From Oceanispirochaeta sp. (GTDB taxonomy: Bacteria; Spirochaetota; Spirochaetia; DSM-2461), in the NCBI GenBank assembly GCA_963663385.2, contig CAXXXD010000002.1, positions 800,001 to 864,000 on the forward strand: a stretch of DNA of 64,000 nucleotides, given 5' to 3'. Position 1 is the first letter of the stretch. Every line of letters begins with the position of its first letter. The translations under genes were made by a program, and so were the position numbers. Below are positions 27,316-35,728 of this stretch, one piece after another. Under the pieces are notes generated by a model. It made no database searches and was not told the origin of the DNA. It saw only the letters and a list, made by a program, of their open reading frames with translations.

Positions 27316-28176
27316 TCAGGACTCACTCTCAATAATCGCTTCATTGGTCGGGTTCTCGGGAATATCTTCCCTGATCTGATTCTCTTCCGGTTCGGAAGGC
27401 TTTTCCGGATCGCAGGATTCTACTGTCCCCTCGCCGGGAAAGAGGGGATGAAGCAGGTGGGTCAGGCAAACGGAAAAGGAAAGATTCAGGCGGATGATAT
27501 AAAAACCGTCTACTTCCGTTGATGCCGTATAATCGGCCAGAGTTGCACTTAACGAGAACGGAAATTCTCTGCTGTAGAATTCCAGTAGAAAAGAATCGGT
27601 GAGGTTCTTCAATAACGTTTCTTCTGTATCGATAAAGAAGGTGGCCCTGTTTAAAGAGATATCGATCAGCCTGACAGGCAGTTTGTCTCCCTCGTCCCTT
27701 CTGATATGGGCTATCTTTTCCAGACCGATCGGGAGTATCTCCTTCAGGGAGAAAATCCTGGATTTAAACTCGCTCGCATCATACATCTGAAAATACAGAG
27801 TCTTTCTCTGAAAATAATCAATAAGAATTCGATTGTAAATGTCAGGGGTATTCTGAAAATCCGCTGTTAACAGGCATTGGTTCCGGCTGCTGTTCAGCTG
27901 CCGGAAATCACGCAGCTGCAGCCTTATAAACAGGGGAACCGGTTTTTTATAATCGGGCAGATTGAATTCAAGGTGAAGCATCAGGACGGAATCATTGCCT
28001 TCCGTAATAATTTTCTGCTCCCTCGGGCTGAGAATCAGAAGAACCTTGCAGGATTTCAGGGAAAGGGCATAGGGTACGCAGGACAGTTTATAGTCATCGG
28101 TTTTGATTAGACACCTGTTTCGGATAATTCCCAGATTATGAATTAAAAAAGGGTTAAGTGTTATTGTGTCTTCCAT
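27316..28176 (-). CDS. Spirochaete PilZN3/PilZ-like (PlzA-related) protein, degenerate
   Basis: N-terminal LKxDDYxLxCVPYxLS-like segment; second barrel with LIDISL; recognised from memory only. Confidence 0.55.
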   Translation of the reverse strand: MEDTITLNPFLIHNLGIIRNRCLIKTDDYKLSCVPYALSLKSCKVLLILSPREQKIITEGNDSVLMLHLEFNLPDYKKPVPLFIRLQLRDFRQLNSSRNQCLLTADFQNTPDIYNRILIDYFQRKTLYFQMYDASEFKSRIFSLKEILPIGLEKIAHIRRDEGDKLPVRLIDISLNRATFFIDTEETLLKNLTDSFLLEFYSREFPFSLSATLADYTASTEVDGFYIIRLNLSFSVCLTHLLHPLFPGEGTVESCDPEKPSEPEENQIREDIPENPTNEAIIESES

Positions 28177-28254
28177 AGGGGGGGGGCTTCCTACCTTTTC
28201 CCGGACGAAAAATCTATTCCATTATAGCACTGAAAAGCACTATTATACCAATAA

Positions 28255-29196
28255 TTAATGGAATAAAGCTCCAATACTCTCTCCTGTATGAATCCTTTTT
28301 ATTGCTTCCGAGAAAAGAGGCGCTATGGTCAGGCAGTGCAGTCCGGTAAAGACTTTTGTCTCCGGGATATGGACCGTGTTTGTTACTACAACAGTATCGA
28401 TCGGGGATGCTTTCAGGTTCTCCACGGCCCTTCCGCAGAGTACCGGATGTACCGCTCCGGTTACAATTTTTTTTACACCGGTTTTTTCAAGGGTTTCCGC
28501 TGTTTTGCAGATGGTTCCCCCTGTTGATATTTCATCATCAAAGACAATGGCTGTCCGGTTTTTCACATCTCCCACGACTTCTCCCTGGATAACTTCCGTA
28601 TCGCTGATCCGTCTTTTATCGATAATGGCCAGGGGAACCCCAAGCTGCTGGGCAAAACGCCCGGCTCTTTTGGCTCCTCCCGCATCGGTGGCTACCGTAA
28701 CCAGATCCGGGAGTTCGTAATGTTCCCTGAAATAGTCAGCCATGATGGGAATGGCTGTCAGATGATCAACGGGTACACTGAAAAAACCGTGAACCTGGTC
28801 GGAGTGAAGGTCCATGGTCAGAATGCGGCCGGCTCCTGATGCCTTGAGCAGGTCCGCTATAAGACGGGCTGTGATAGAGATCCGGGGGGCGTCCTTCTTG
28901 TCAGAGCGGGCATAGGAGTAGTAGGGGATTACCGCTGTAATCCGCCCGGCGGAGGCGCTCCGCAGGGCATCCAGGGTAATCAGCAGAGTCATCAGGTTCT
29001 GGCTGACCGGTTCTGTCAGGGGCTGTACGACAAAAACATCCCTTTCCCGTACATTCTCCTGAATCTGTACGGAAAGGTTATCGTTGGAAAAGCGGGAGAC
29101 TTCCATCGGGCTTAATTCGATGCCCAGATTCTGACATATCTGTCCGGTAAGATCCGGATTGGCACCGCCGCAGAAAACCTTCAGCTTATCTTTCAT
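28255..29196 (-). CDS. prs: Ribose-phosphate pyrophosphokinase
   Basis: VIPYYSYARSDKK, MDLHSDQ..GFF, DAGG.KRA, DKRR, DDEISTGGT. Confidence 0.95.
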   Translation of the reverse strand: MKDKLKVFCGGANPDLTGQICQNLGIELSPMEVSRFSNDNLSVQIQENVRERDVFVVQPLTEPVSQNLMTLLITLDALRSASAGRITAVIPYYSYARSDKKDAPRISITARLIADLLKASGAGRILTMDLHSDQVHGFFSVPVDHLTAIPIMADYFREHYELPDLVTVATDAGGAKRAGRFAQQLGVPLAIIDKRRISDTEVIQGEVVGDVKNRTAIVFDDEISTGGTICKTAETLEKTGVKKIVTGAVHPVLCGRAVENLKASPIDTVVVTNTVHIPETKVFTGLHCLTIAPLFSEAIKRIHTGESIGALFH

Positions 29197-31025
29197 GTAT
29201 TTTTTCCCAGTACCTTAAGGGCCAGTTCCACCTTGCCGAAAGGAGCGCTGACCTGAAATCCCTGAACGTATTTCTCTATGGACTCGCATATCTCAGAGGC
29301 TATCCTGATACCTTCAGCAATACCTTCTTCCCTTGTTTGGCAACGGCTCATCCTTTCCATGACTGAGTCGGGAACTTCCACTCCCGGTACTTCATTCCGC
29401 ATAAACTCGGCGTTCTTGTAACTCACAAGGGGCCATACCCCGGCAATAACGGGGATCTCCTTAAAGGCTGCAGCCTTTTCCAGAAAGTTCAGAAGAGCCA
29501 TGGGATCAAAAACAGGCTGGGTAATGGCGAATTCGGCCCCTGCTTCGATTTTTTTACGGTACCGGTCCAGTTCCAGTCCGGGAGAAACGGCACAGGGATT
29601 GGCACCCACTCCTGTAAAGATAGATGTGGGGGGCGACAGGGGATTCCCGCCGAAATCCCGCCCGTGGTTCATATTATGAACAACCTGTGTCAGACCTATG
29701 GCATCTACATCAAAAACCCCCGTAACCTCGGGGTAATCCCCCGATTTGGGCGGATCTCCCGTAATAACCAGGAAGTTCTTTAATCCAGCGGCAACACTGC
29801 CCAGGATGTCCGACTGCATCCCCAGCAGATTCCGGTCCCGGCAGGTGTAGTGCAGAACCGCTTCTATTCCGGCGTCTTTCTGTACCGCCGCTGCAGCAAT
29901 CATGGGAGACACCCTGGCGCTGGCCCGGGGGCCGTCGGGAATATTGATGGCATCGACGCCGTGATAGGCACAGATGCGGGCTTTATTGATAAACGGGGTA
30001 AGATCTGTGCTCCTGGGCGGGGTAATCTCGATGGAGGTAACCTTGACCCCCTGTTTAAGCAGGCAGGCCAGACGGGATTTTTCCTCCTGGGGAACGGGCT
30101 GGAAATCGCCGTCCGATTGTACGACGGCTTTTATCTCTATATGTTTTTTGACAACACTGATGGATTTTACAGACCGGGCGGCAATCCTTATATGATCGGG
30201 GGTGGTCCCGCAGCAGCCGCCTACGCCCCTGACCCCGAGCTCCATGAATTTCTTGGCGTATTCGGAAAAGTATTCGGGGTTGGAGAGATAGATCATGCGC
30301 CCGTCCAGCTCCTTGGGAAACCCCGCATTGGGCATAATAATGACCGGTTTTTTCGTATAATCCATTGCCTCCTGAACCCATTCATAAAGATGGGAGGGGC
30401 CGGTTCCGCAGTTCAGGCCGATAATCTGTACGGCAGGGCTTTTATTCAGCTTGTCCATGACAATCCGCAGGCTCTCCCCCCCGGGAGTATACCCTTCTTC
30501 GGTCAGGGTGAAGGAGGTACAAACAGGCAATCCTGCAGAGGAAACCGCTTCTGCCGCCAGAAGGAGTTCGGCGCTGTGGCTGAATGTTTCCAGAAGGATC
30601 ATATCCACACCGCCTTCCTTCAGGGCTTCCGCCTGCTCTTTGAATACGGCGGACAGCTCCTCTTTCCTGTCATCCGTTACTATCTGGCCTGACTTGAGAC
30701 AGGGCCCCATGGATCCCGCCACGTAGGCGTCGTCTCCGGCTTCTTTACGGGCCAGCACCGCCGCCGCCTTATTTATCTCGGCGACCTTGTCGCCCAGACC
30801 GTGTTCGGTCAGTTTTATCCGGTTGGCTCCAAAACTGTTTGTTTCAAGTACATCCGCGCCGGCTTCTTTATATTCCCTGTGTATTTCACTAACTATATCC
30901 GGGGAGATCAGGTTTAATTCGTCATAACAGCGGTTGATGAAGATTCCCTTGCTGTACAACATTGTACCCATGGCGCCATCGAATACCAGGGGCTGCTCTT
31001 TTATTCTTTCAAGAATGGGTTTCAT
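29193..31025 (-). CDS. Bifunctional homocysteine S-methyltransferase / methylenetetrahydrofolate reductase (YitJ-like)
   Basis: DGAMGT, GLNC, GGCCGTTP; MTHFR part EITPP, NIPD, HYTCRDRN, ITGDPP, ITQPVFD. Confidence 0.93.
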   Translation of the reverse strand: MKPILERIKEQPLVFDGAMGTMLYSKGIFINRCYDELNLISPDIVSEIHREYKEAGADVLETNSFGANRIKLTEHGLGDKVAEINKAAAVLARKEAGDDAYVAGSMGPCLKSGQIVTDDRKEELSAVFKEQAEALKEGGVDMILLETFSHSAELLLAAEAVSSAGLPVCTSFTLTEEGYTPGGESLRIVMDKLNKSPAVQIIGLNCGTGPSHLYEWVQEAMDYTKKPVIIMPNAGFPKELDGRMIYLSNPEYFSEYAKKFMELGVRGVGGCCGTTPDHIRIAARSVKSISVVKKHIEIKAVVQSDGDFQPVPQEEKSRLACLLKQGVKVTSIEITPPRSTDLTPFINKARICAYHGVDAINIPDGPRASARVSPMIAAAAVQKDAGIEAVLHYTCRDRNLLGMQSDILGSVAAGLKNFLVITGDPPKSGDYPEVTGVFDVDAIGLTQVVHNMNHGRDFGGNPLSPPTSIFTGVGANPCAVSPGLELDRYRKKIEAGAEFAITQPVFDPMALLNFLEKAAAFKEIPVIAGVWPLVSYKNAEFMRNEVPGVEVPDSVMERMSRCQTREEGIAEGIRIASEICESIEKYVQGFQVSAPFGKVELALKVLGKNT

Positions 31026-31101
31026 TAATCTCTCCTTGGATTTGTATAATTGAATTATCCATAATTATTGAGAATTGATCAAAGGGGATCGAAATTCTCT
31101 T

Positions 31102-33549
31102 TCAGACCGCAAAATATTTGGCCTGCGGGTGATGGGCCACAAGAGCCGAAGTACTCTGTTCCGGAACCATTTCATAGTTTTCCGTCAGGCTGATCCCTAT
31201 CCTTTCGGGTTTCAGCATGGCAAAGAGCAGTTTGTGCGCACTGATATCGGGGCAGGACGGGTAGCCGAATCCGTAGCGGGACCCCTGGTATTTCTGAGTG
31301 ATATAGCCCTGAATCCCTTCCGGTTCACTTCCGGCAATCCCCATTTCCCGGCGCATCCTGCGGTGCCAGTACTCTGCCAGCGCATCAGTGAATTCCACAC
31401 TGAAGGCATGCAGCATCATGTAGTCATGGTAGGCATCCGCTTTATAGAGTTCCGCGGTCCTTTTACTGACCTCTTCTCCGATCGTTACAACGAAAAGGCC
31501 CGCCACATCGCCCCCCTCTTCAGCGTTTTTAAAATAGTCGGACAGGCAGATAAACGGGGCTTCATTCTGGCGGGGAAAGTCAAAGTCGATTTCCTTCCCC
31601 TCATGGGTCATAACAAGGTGGTTCCCCCGGCTTTCGCAGGGGAAGTACCCGTAGGCCGCTGAGGGGGTAATCAGTTTTTCATCCCTGAACTGCCGGCAGA
31701 ACTCCTGATAGAGGGGTTCCACTTCGGTCCGGATCAGCTTTTCATACTCCCCGTTTGTCATTTTTCCCCGGCGGTATCCCCAGCGGCCCCGGAAAAGGGC
31801 CTGTTTATTAATCAGGGAAAGGACTTCTTCAATATCTATATCCGTAACAATGCGGTCTCCCGTGAAAGGCGGTTCCGGGACTGTGTTATCCCGGGTAATT
31901 TCCGATTTCTGTCCCGGAAGAACGGATTTCTCACCGGCCGTTTCTTCCCAGAAAGCCGGTTCCAGTTTTCCCTCTTCGAAGTCCCGGACTTTTTTCAGGG
32001 CGTCAAAGGCATCCGAGTTGTATACCACCTGGGGTGTATAGTTCGGAACGCAGCTCCGGGCAACAAATTTTCTTGTAAGGGCGGCGCCTCCCAGAAAGAT
32101 GGGGGCTTTGAGTCCCGCTTCTTCGTACTGGGGTATACTCTCCTTCATGACCATGGCGGATTTTACCAGCAGACCGCTCAGCCCGATGATATCCACATCG
32201 TATTCAAGCGCCTTTTCAATAATGGTCTCCGCAGGTACCTTGATCCCTATGTTAAAAACTTTATACCCGTTGTTGCTGAGAATGATATCCACCAGGTTTT
32301 TCCCTATATCGTGAACATCGCCCTGAACGGTAGCCAGGAGAATTTTTATCCGGTTGTCATCGGCGGATCTTTCCATCAGGGGTTCCAGGTAGCGGACTGA
32401 TGCTTTCATTGTCTCTGCGGACTGTAACACGAAGGGCAGCAGGATTTCTCCTTTTCCGAACAGTTCCCCCACATGGCGCATGGCCGGGATCAGGATGTCA
32501 TTGATGATATTGATAGGCGTATACCGTTCCAGTATCATATCCAGAAGATCTTCCAGATCGTCCTTGTTGCCCGTTAACACTTTGTAGAAAAGCTGAGTTT
32601 CCAGGGGCTGCCACTTCTGGCTCTCCTGTCCGCTGTCTTTTATCTTTGCGTTGGAGAAGTGATTGATAAAAAGGAGGAGGGGAGACTTCTCTTTATCTTT
32701 AACCCTGTCGTAAAGCAGGTCAAGGCAGACTTCCCGGTCCTCTTCGCTTATGGATGCCAGGGGGAGGATCTTGGCCGCATCGATGATGCAGGAGTCCAGT
32801 CCGGCTTCCAGCGCTTCATGCAGAAATACCGCATTCAGAATCCGTCTGGACGCCATGGAGAGGCCGAAGGAGATATTGCTCAGGCCGAGGGTCGTCAAAC
32901 AGCCGGGCAGTTCCTTTTTTATCCGGCTGATGGCATTCATGGTCTGAACCGCCGCATCCCTCAGATTCTCATCCCCTGCGCCGACCGTAAATGTCAGGGC
33001 ATCGAAAAGGATGTCCCGGGGACGGAGGCCTATTTCATCAACGGCAATGGAATAAATCCTTCTGGCCACTTCCACTTTCTTTTCTGTTGTCATGGCCATA
33101 CCGTCTTCATCTATGGTCAGGGCTACTACCGCGGCTCCATATTTTTTGACCAGTTTGAGTATGCGGTAGATGTTTTTTCCCCCGTCTTCCAGGTTCACAG
33201 AGTTGATGATACAGCGGCCGGGGTAGAGCTGCAGTCCCCGTTCGATTACCTCCGGAGTGGTTGAGTCAATCATCAGGGGTGTTTTGAGGGAACCCGCAAA
33301 AAGCGGGATCAGAGTGGACATATCCGCCATCTCATCCCGTCCCGCATAGGCGCTGCACAGATCCAGAACATGGGCCCCCGCAGCCTCCTGGGCTCTGGCC
33401 ATGGCCAGGCAGCTGTTAAAGTCATCCGCCAGGAGGTACTCCCGGAATTTTTTTGATCCTGTTGAGTTGCATCTCTCCCCGATAATAAGGGGTTTGATCG
33501 GCTGAATCAGATCGACCGATTCATAAAGGCTTGCTACTGACGGGTTCAT
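31102..33549 (-). CDS. metH: Cobalamin-dependent methionine synthase, pterin + B12-binding + reactivation domains
   Basis: GAGGT RBS; IIGERCN, MIDST, NSVNLEDG, GLSNISFG, DVHDIGKN, SGLL, RYGFGYPSCP, PEQSTSA. Confidence 0.93.
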   Translation of the reverse strand: MNPSVASLYESVDLIQPIKPLIIGERCNSTGSKKFREYLLADDFNSCLAMARAQEAAGAHVLDLCSAYAGRDEMADMSTLIPLFAGSLKTPLMIDSTTPEVIERGLQLYPGRCIINSVNLEDGGKNIYRILKLVKKYGAAVVALTIDEDGMAMTTEKKVEVARRIYSIAVDEIGLRPRDILFDALTFTVGAGDENLRDAAVQTMNAISRIKKELPGCLTTLGLSNISFGLSMASRRILNAVFLHEALEAGLDSCIIDAAKILPLASISEEDREVCLDLLYDRVKDKEKSPLLLFINHFSNAKIKDSGQESQKWQPLETQLFYKVLTGNKDDLEDLLDMILERYTPINIINDILIPAMRHVGELFGKGEILLPFVLQSAETMKASVRYLEPLMERSADDNRIKILLATVQGDVHDIGKNLVDIILSNNGYKVFNIGIKVPAETIIEKALEYDVDIIGLSGLLVKSAMVMKESIPQYEEAGLKAPIFLGGAALTRKFVARSCVPNYTPQVVYNSDAFDALKKVRDFEEGKLEPAFWEETAGEKSVLPGQKSEITRDNTVPEPPFTGDRIVTDIDIEEVLSLINKQALFRGRWGYRRGKMTNGEYEKLIRTEVEPLYQEFCRQFRDEKLITPSAAYGYFPCESRGNHLVMTHEGKEIDFDFPRQNEAPFICLSDYFKNAEEGGDVAGLFVVTIGEEVSKRTAELYKADAYHDYMMLHAFSVEFTDALAEYWHRRMRREMGIAGSEPEGIQGYITQKYQGSRYGFGYPSCPDISAHKLLFAMLKPERIGISLTENYEMVPEQSTSALVAHHPQAKYFAV

Positions 33550-34469
33550 CTGTTTACCTCTCGGGCTGCCGGAACAATACCTTCCAGCTCTTTTTTCAGG
33601 GCGGCTATATGAGCCGGGGTAGAGCCGCAGCATCCCCCTGCAATGGAAACGCCCCATTTTTCCACAAACAGCTTCATTTCAGAAGCATAGCGGGCCGGGC
33701 TCATGGGGTAGCAGGTCCTGCCGTCCACAATTTCCGGCATCCCCTGGTTGGGAAGGCAGGAAACCCGTCCGTTCCAGTTGTGGCTGAGCCAGTGGATACT
33801 GGACTGCATATCCTCCGGACCGGTGGCACAGTTCAGGCCGAATGAAAAAAGAGGGAAAGGCTCCATTATAGCTGCTGCTGCGGCTATATCGGTTCCGGCC
33901 AGCATGGTTCCGGTTTTTTCTATGGTGATGGAAACCATGACCGGTACCTGCTTTTCCAGTTCTTCCATAACCTCGAAAGCACTGATCAATGCGGATTTCA
34001 GCTGCAGTATATCCTGAACCGTTTCCAGAATGATCAGATCAACCCCTGCTTTTATCAGAGCCTGTATCTGTTCCCTGTACGCTTTATTCAGATCAGATGG
34101 ATCGATATGCCCCAGGGAGGGCAGTTTTGTACCGGGGCCGCAGGATCCTGCCACCCAGCCGGAACCGAATTGCCTGACCGCTTCCCTGGCAGCCTCTACA
34201 CCGGCTTTATTGATTTCTGCAACCCTGTCTTCCAGGCCGTACTCTCCCAGAACTATCCGGTTAGCTCCAAAGGTGTTGGTCTCTATGATATCCGCTCCGG
34301 ATTCCAGGAATTCCATGTGCATGGCTGTTATCTTCTCGGGGCAGGAGAGGTTAAGGTACTCGTTGCATCCTTCATGTTTACCCCAGAGATCCGGAGTGAT
34401 ATTCATATTCTGAATACTGGTCCCGCAGGCTCCGTCCAGAAGCAGCAGAGGTTTTTCTGTTAATTCCAT
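33546..34469 (-). CDS. metH: Methionine synthase homocysteine-binding domain (separate N-terminal module)
   Basis: LDGACGT, ETNTFG, GPGTKLPSLG, GLNCATGP, PNQGMP, GGCCGSTP; ATGA overlap with the downstream module. Confidence 0.9.
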   Translation of the reverse strand: MELTEKPLLLLDGACGTSIQNMNITPDLWGKHEGCNEYLNLSCPEKITAMHMEFLESGADIIETNTFGANRIVLGEYGLEDRVAEINKAGVEAAREAVRQFGSGWVAGSCGPGTKLPSLGHIDPSDLNKAYREQIQALIKAGVDLIILETVQDILQLKSALISAFEVMEELEKQVPVMVSITIEKTGTMLAGTDIAAAAAIMEPFPLFSFGLNCATGPEDMQSSIHWLSHNWNGRVSCLPNQGMPEIVDGRTCYPMSPARYASEMKLFVEKWGVSIAGGCCGSTPAHIAALKKELEGIVPAAREVNR

Positions 34470-34473
34470 GGGT

Positions 34474-35577
34474 TTACCTCATTTGGTTCATTTTTATTTC
34501 ATCCGCCAGGGAGCGGAGTTTCGGAATGGCATAGGCGTAGAACTTTTTCAGCCCCGGACAGAGATAACTCAAACCGTCATCTTTCAGACCGGGCCGGTTT
34601 TTCTGGCAGTCGCCCTGACAGAACGACAGCCACGGGCACTCTCCGCAGCCGGGATCATACTGAAGTTTTTTTGCCCCGAATTTCTTATATACAGGAGAAG
34701 TAAGAAACTGGTTCCAGCTTCCTTTGTTGACATTGCCCAGTTTCAGTTCGTCCCGGACGAAAAAGTCGCAGGGGTATACACTGCCATCGTATTCAACAAC
34801 AAAATACTGACAGCAGTTGATATCCATATCACAGGTGGTGGGATGACCCGTAACCATTTTTGACAGGAGGGAATCAAACATCCTGATGGAAACTCTATAC
34901 CGGTCCGGCAGCCACTGATCAAAGATCCCGATCAGGAAATCCCCCCACTGTTCGGGCCCTGCATTGTAGGAGAGAGGGGTAACCCCGTCTGTATCGAATT
35001 CCACACAGGGGATAAACTGAAGGAAGTCCTCTCCCTTTTCCCTGAAGTAACTGTACGTTTTCAGGGGATCCCGGGCTACCAGTTCATTAACAAGAACCAG
35101 TATGTTGTATTCCACCTTATGTTTCTTCAGCAGATCCAGCCCTTTCTGCACCAGATGGTGAGAGGGGCCTTTCCCTGCGGTTTTGCGGTAGTGATCATGG
35201 ACTTCGGGGGGGCCGTCCATGCTTACCCCGAGGAGGAATTTATACTCTCCCAGAAAGGCTGCCAGCTCGTCTGTAATAAGGGTTCCGTTCGTCTGAATCG
35301 CATTGGCTACCTGAGCGCCGGGAGGAGCATACTTCTTTTCCAGACTGATCACCTTTTCAAAATAGGGAAGACCCATCAGGGTGGGTTCTCCTCCCTGGAA
35401 GGCGAGGGAATACTGAGGCTGAATGGTCTGCATGTAGCTGCGAACCATATTCTCCAAAGTGGAATCACTCATCCTTGTGCTCTTTCCCTGACACATATGG
35501 TCCAGATAAAAGCAGTACTCACAACGCAGGTTACAGTCGGCTGAGGCAGGTTTAATAAGAAGGGAAAATGGTTTCAT
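34474..35577 (-). CDS. Anaerobic sulfatase-maturase-like radical SAM/SPASM enzyme
   Basis: IKPASADCNLRCEYCFY, FQGGEPTL, QTNG, CC...GSVYPCDFF, C..C.....C.G.C. Confidence 0.9.
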   Translation of the reverse strand: MKPFSLLIKPASADCNLRCEYCFYLDHMCQGKSTRMSDSTLENMVRSYMQTIQPQYSLAFQGGEPTLMGLPYFEKVISLEKKYAPPGAQVANAIQTNGTLITDELAAFLGEYKFLLGVSMDGPPEVHDHYRKTAGKGPSHHLVQKGLDLLKKHKVEYNILVLVNELVARDPLKTYSYFREKGEDFLQFIPCVEFDTDGVTPLSYNAGPEQWGDFLIGIFDQWLPDRYRVSIRMFDSLLSKMVTGHPTTCDMDINCCQYFVVEYDGSVYPCDFFVRDELKLGNVNKGSWNQFLTSPVYKKFGAKKLQYDPGCGECPWLSFCQGDCQKNRPGLKDDGLSYLCPGLKKFYAYAIPKLRSLADEIKMNQMR

Positions 35578-35728
35578 GGCTCCTCCGTTGCCGGGAATTG
35601 TACTGGGTTATTTTATCTACGGCAATAGTATGCCATAGGGGTGGTCTTGATTTATCCGGATATTCAGGGTATTTTAATCAAACCAGTACGCCTGGATCTG
35701 ACAGGACCGGGACGTTGAGGTGATACCA

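Noticed and set aside
33550..33657. Longer N-terminus of metH given in the ORF track
   Set aside because: It overlaps the Hcy-domain gene and has no MetH-like sequence; SD and ATGA coupling support a start at 33549.
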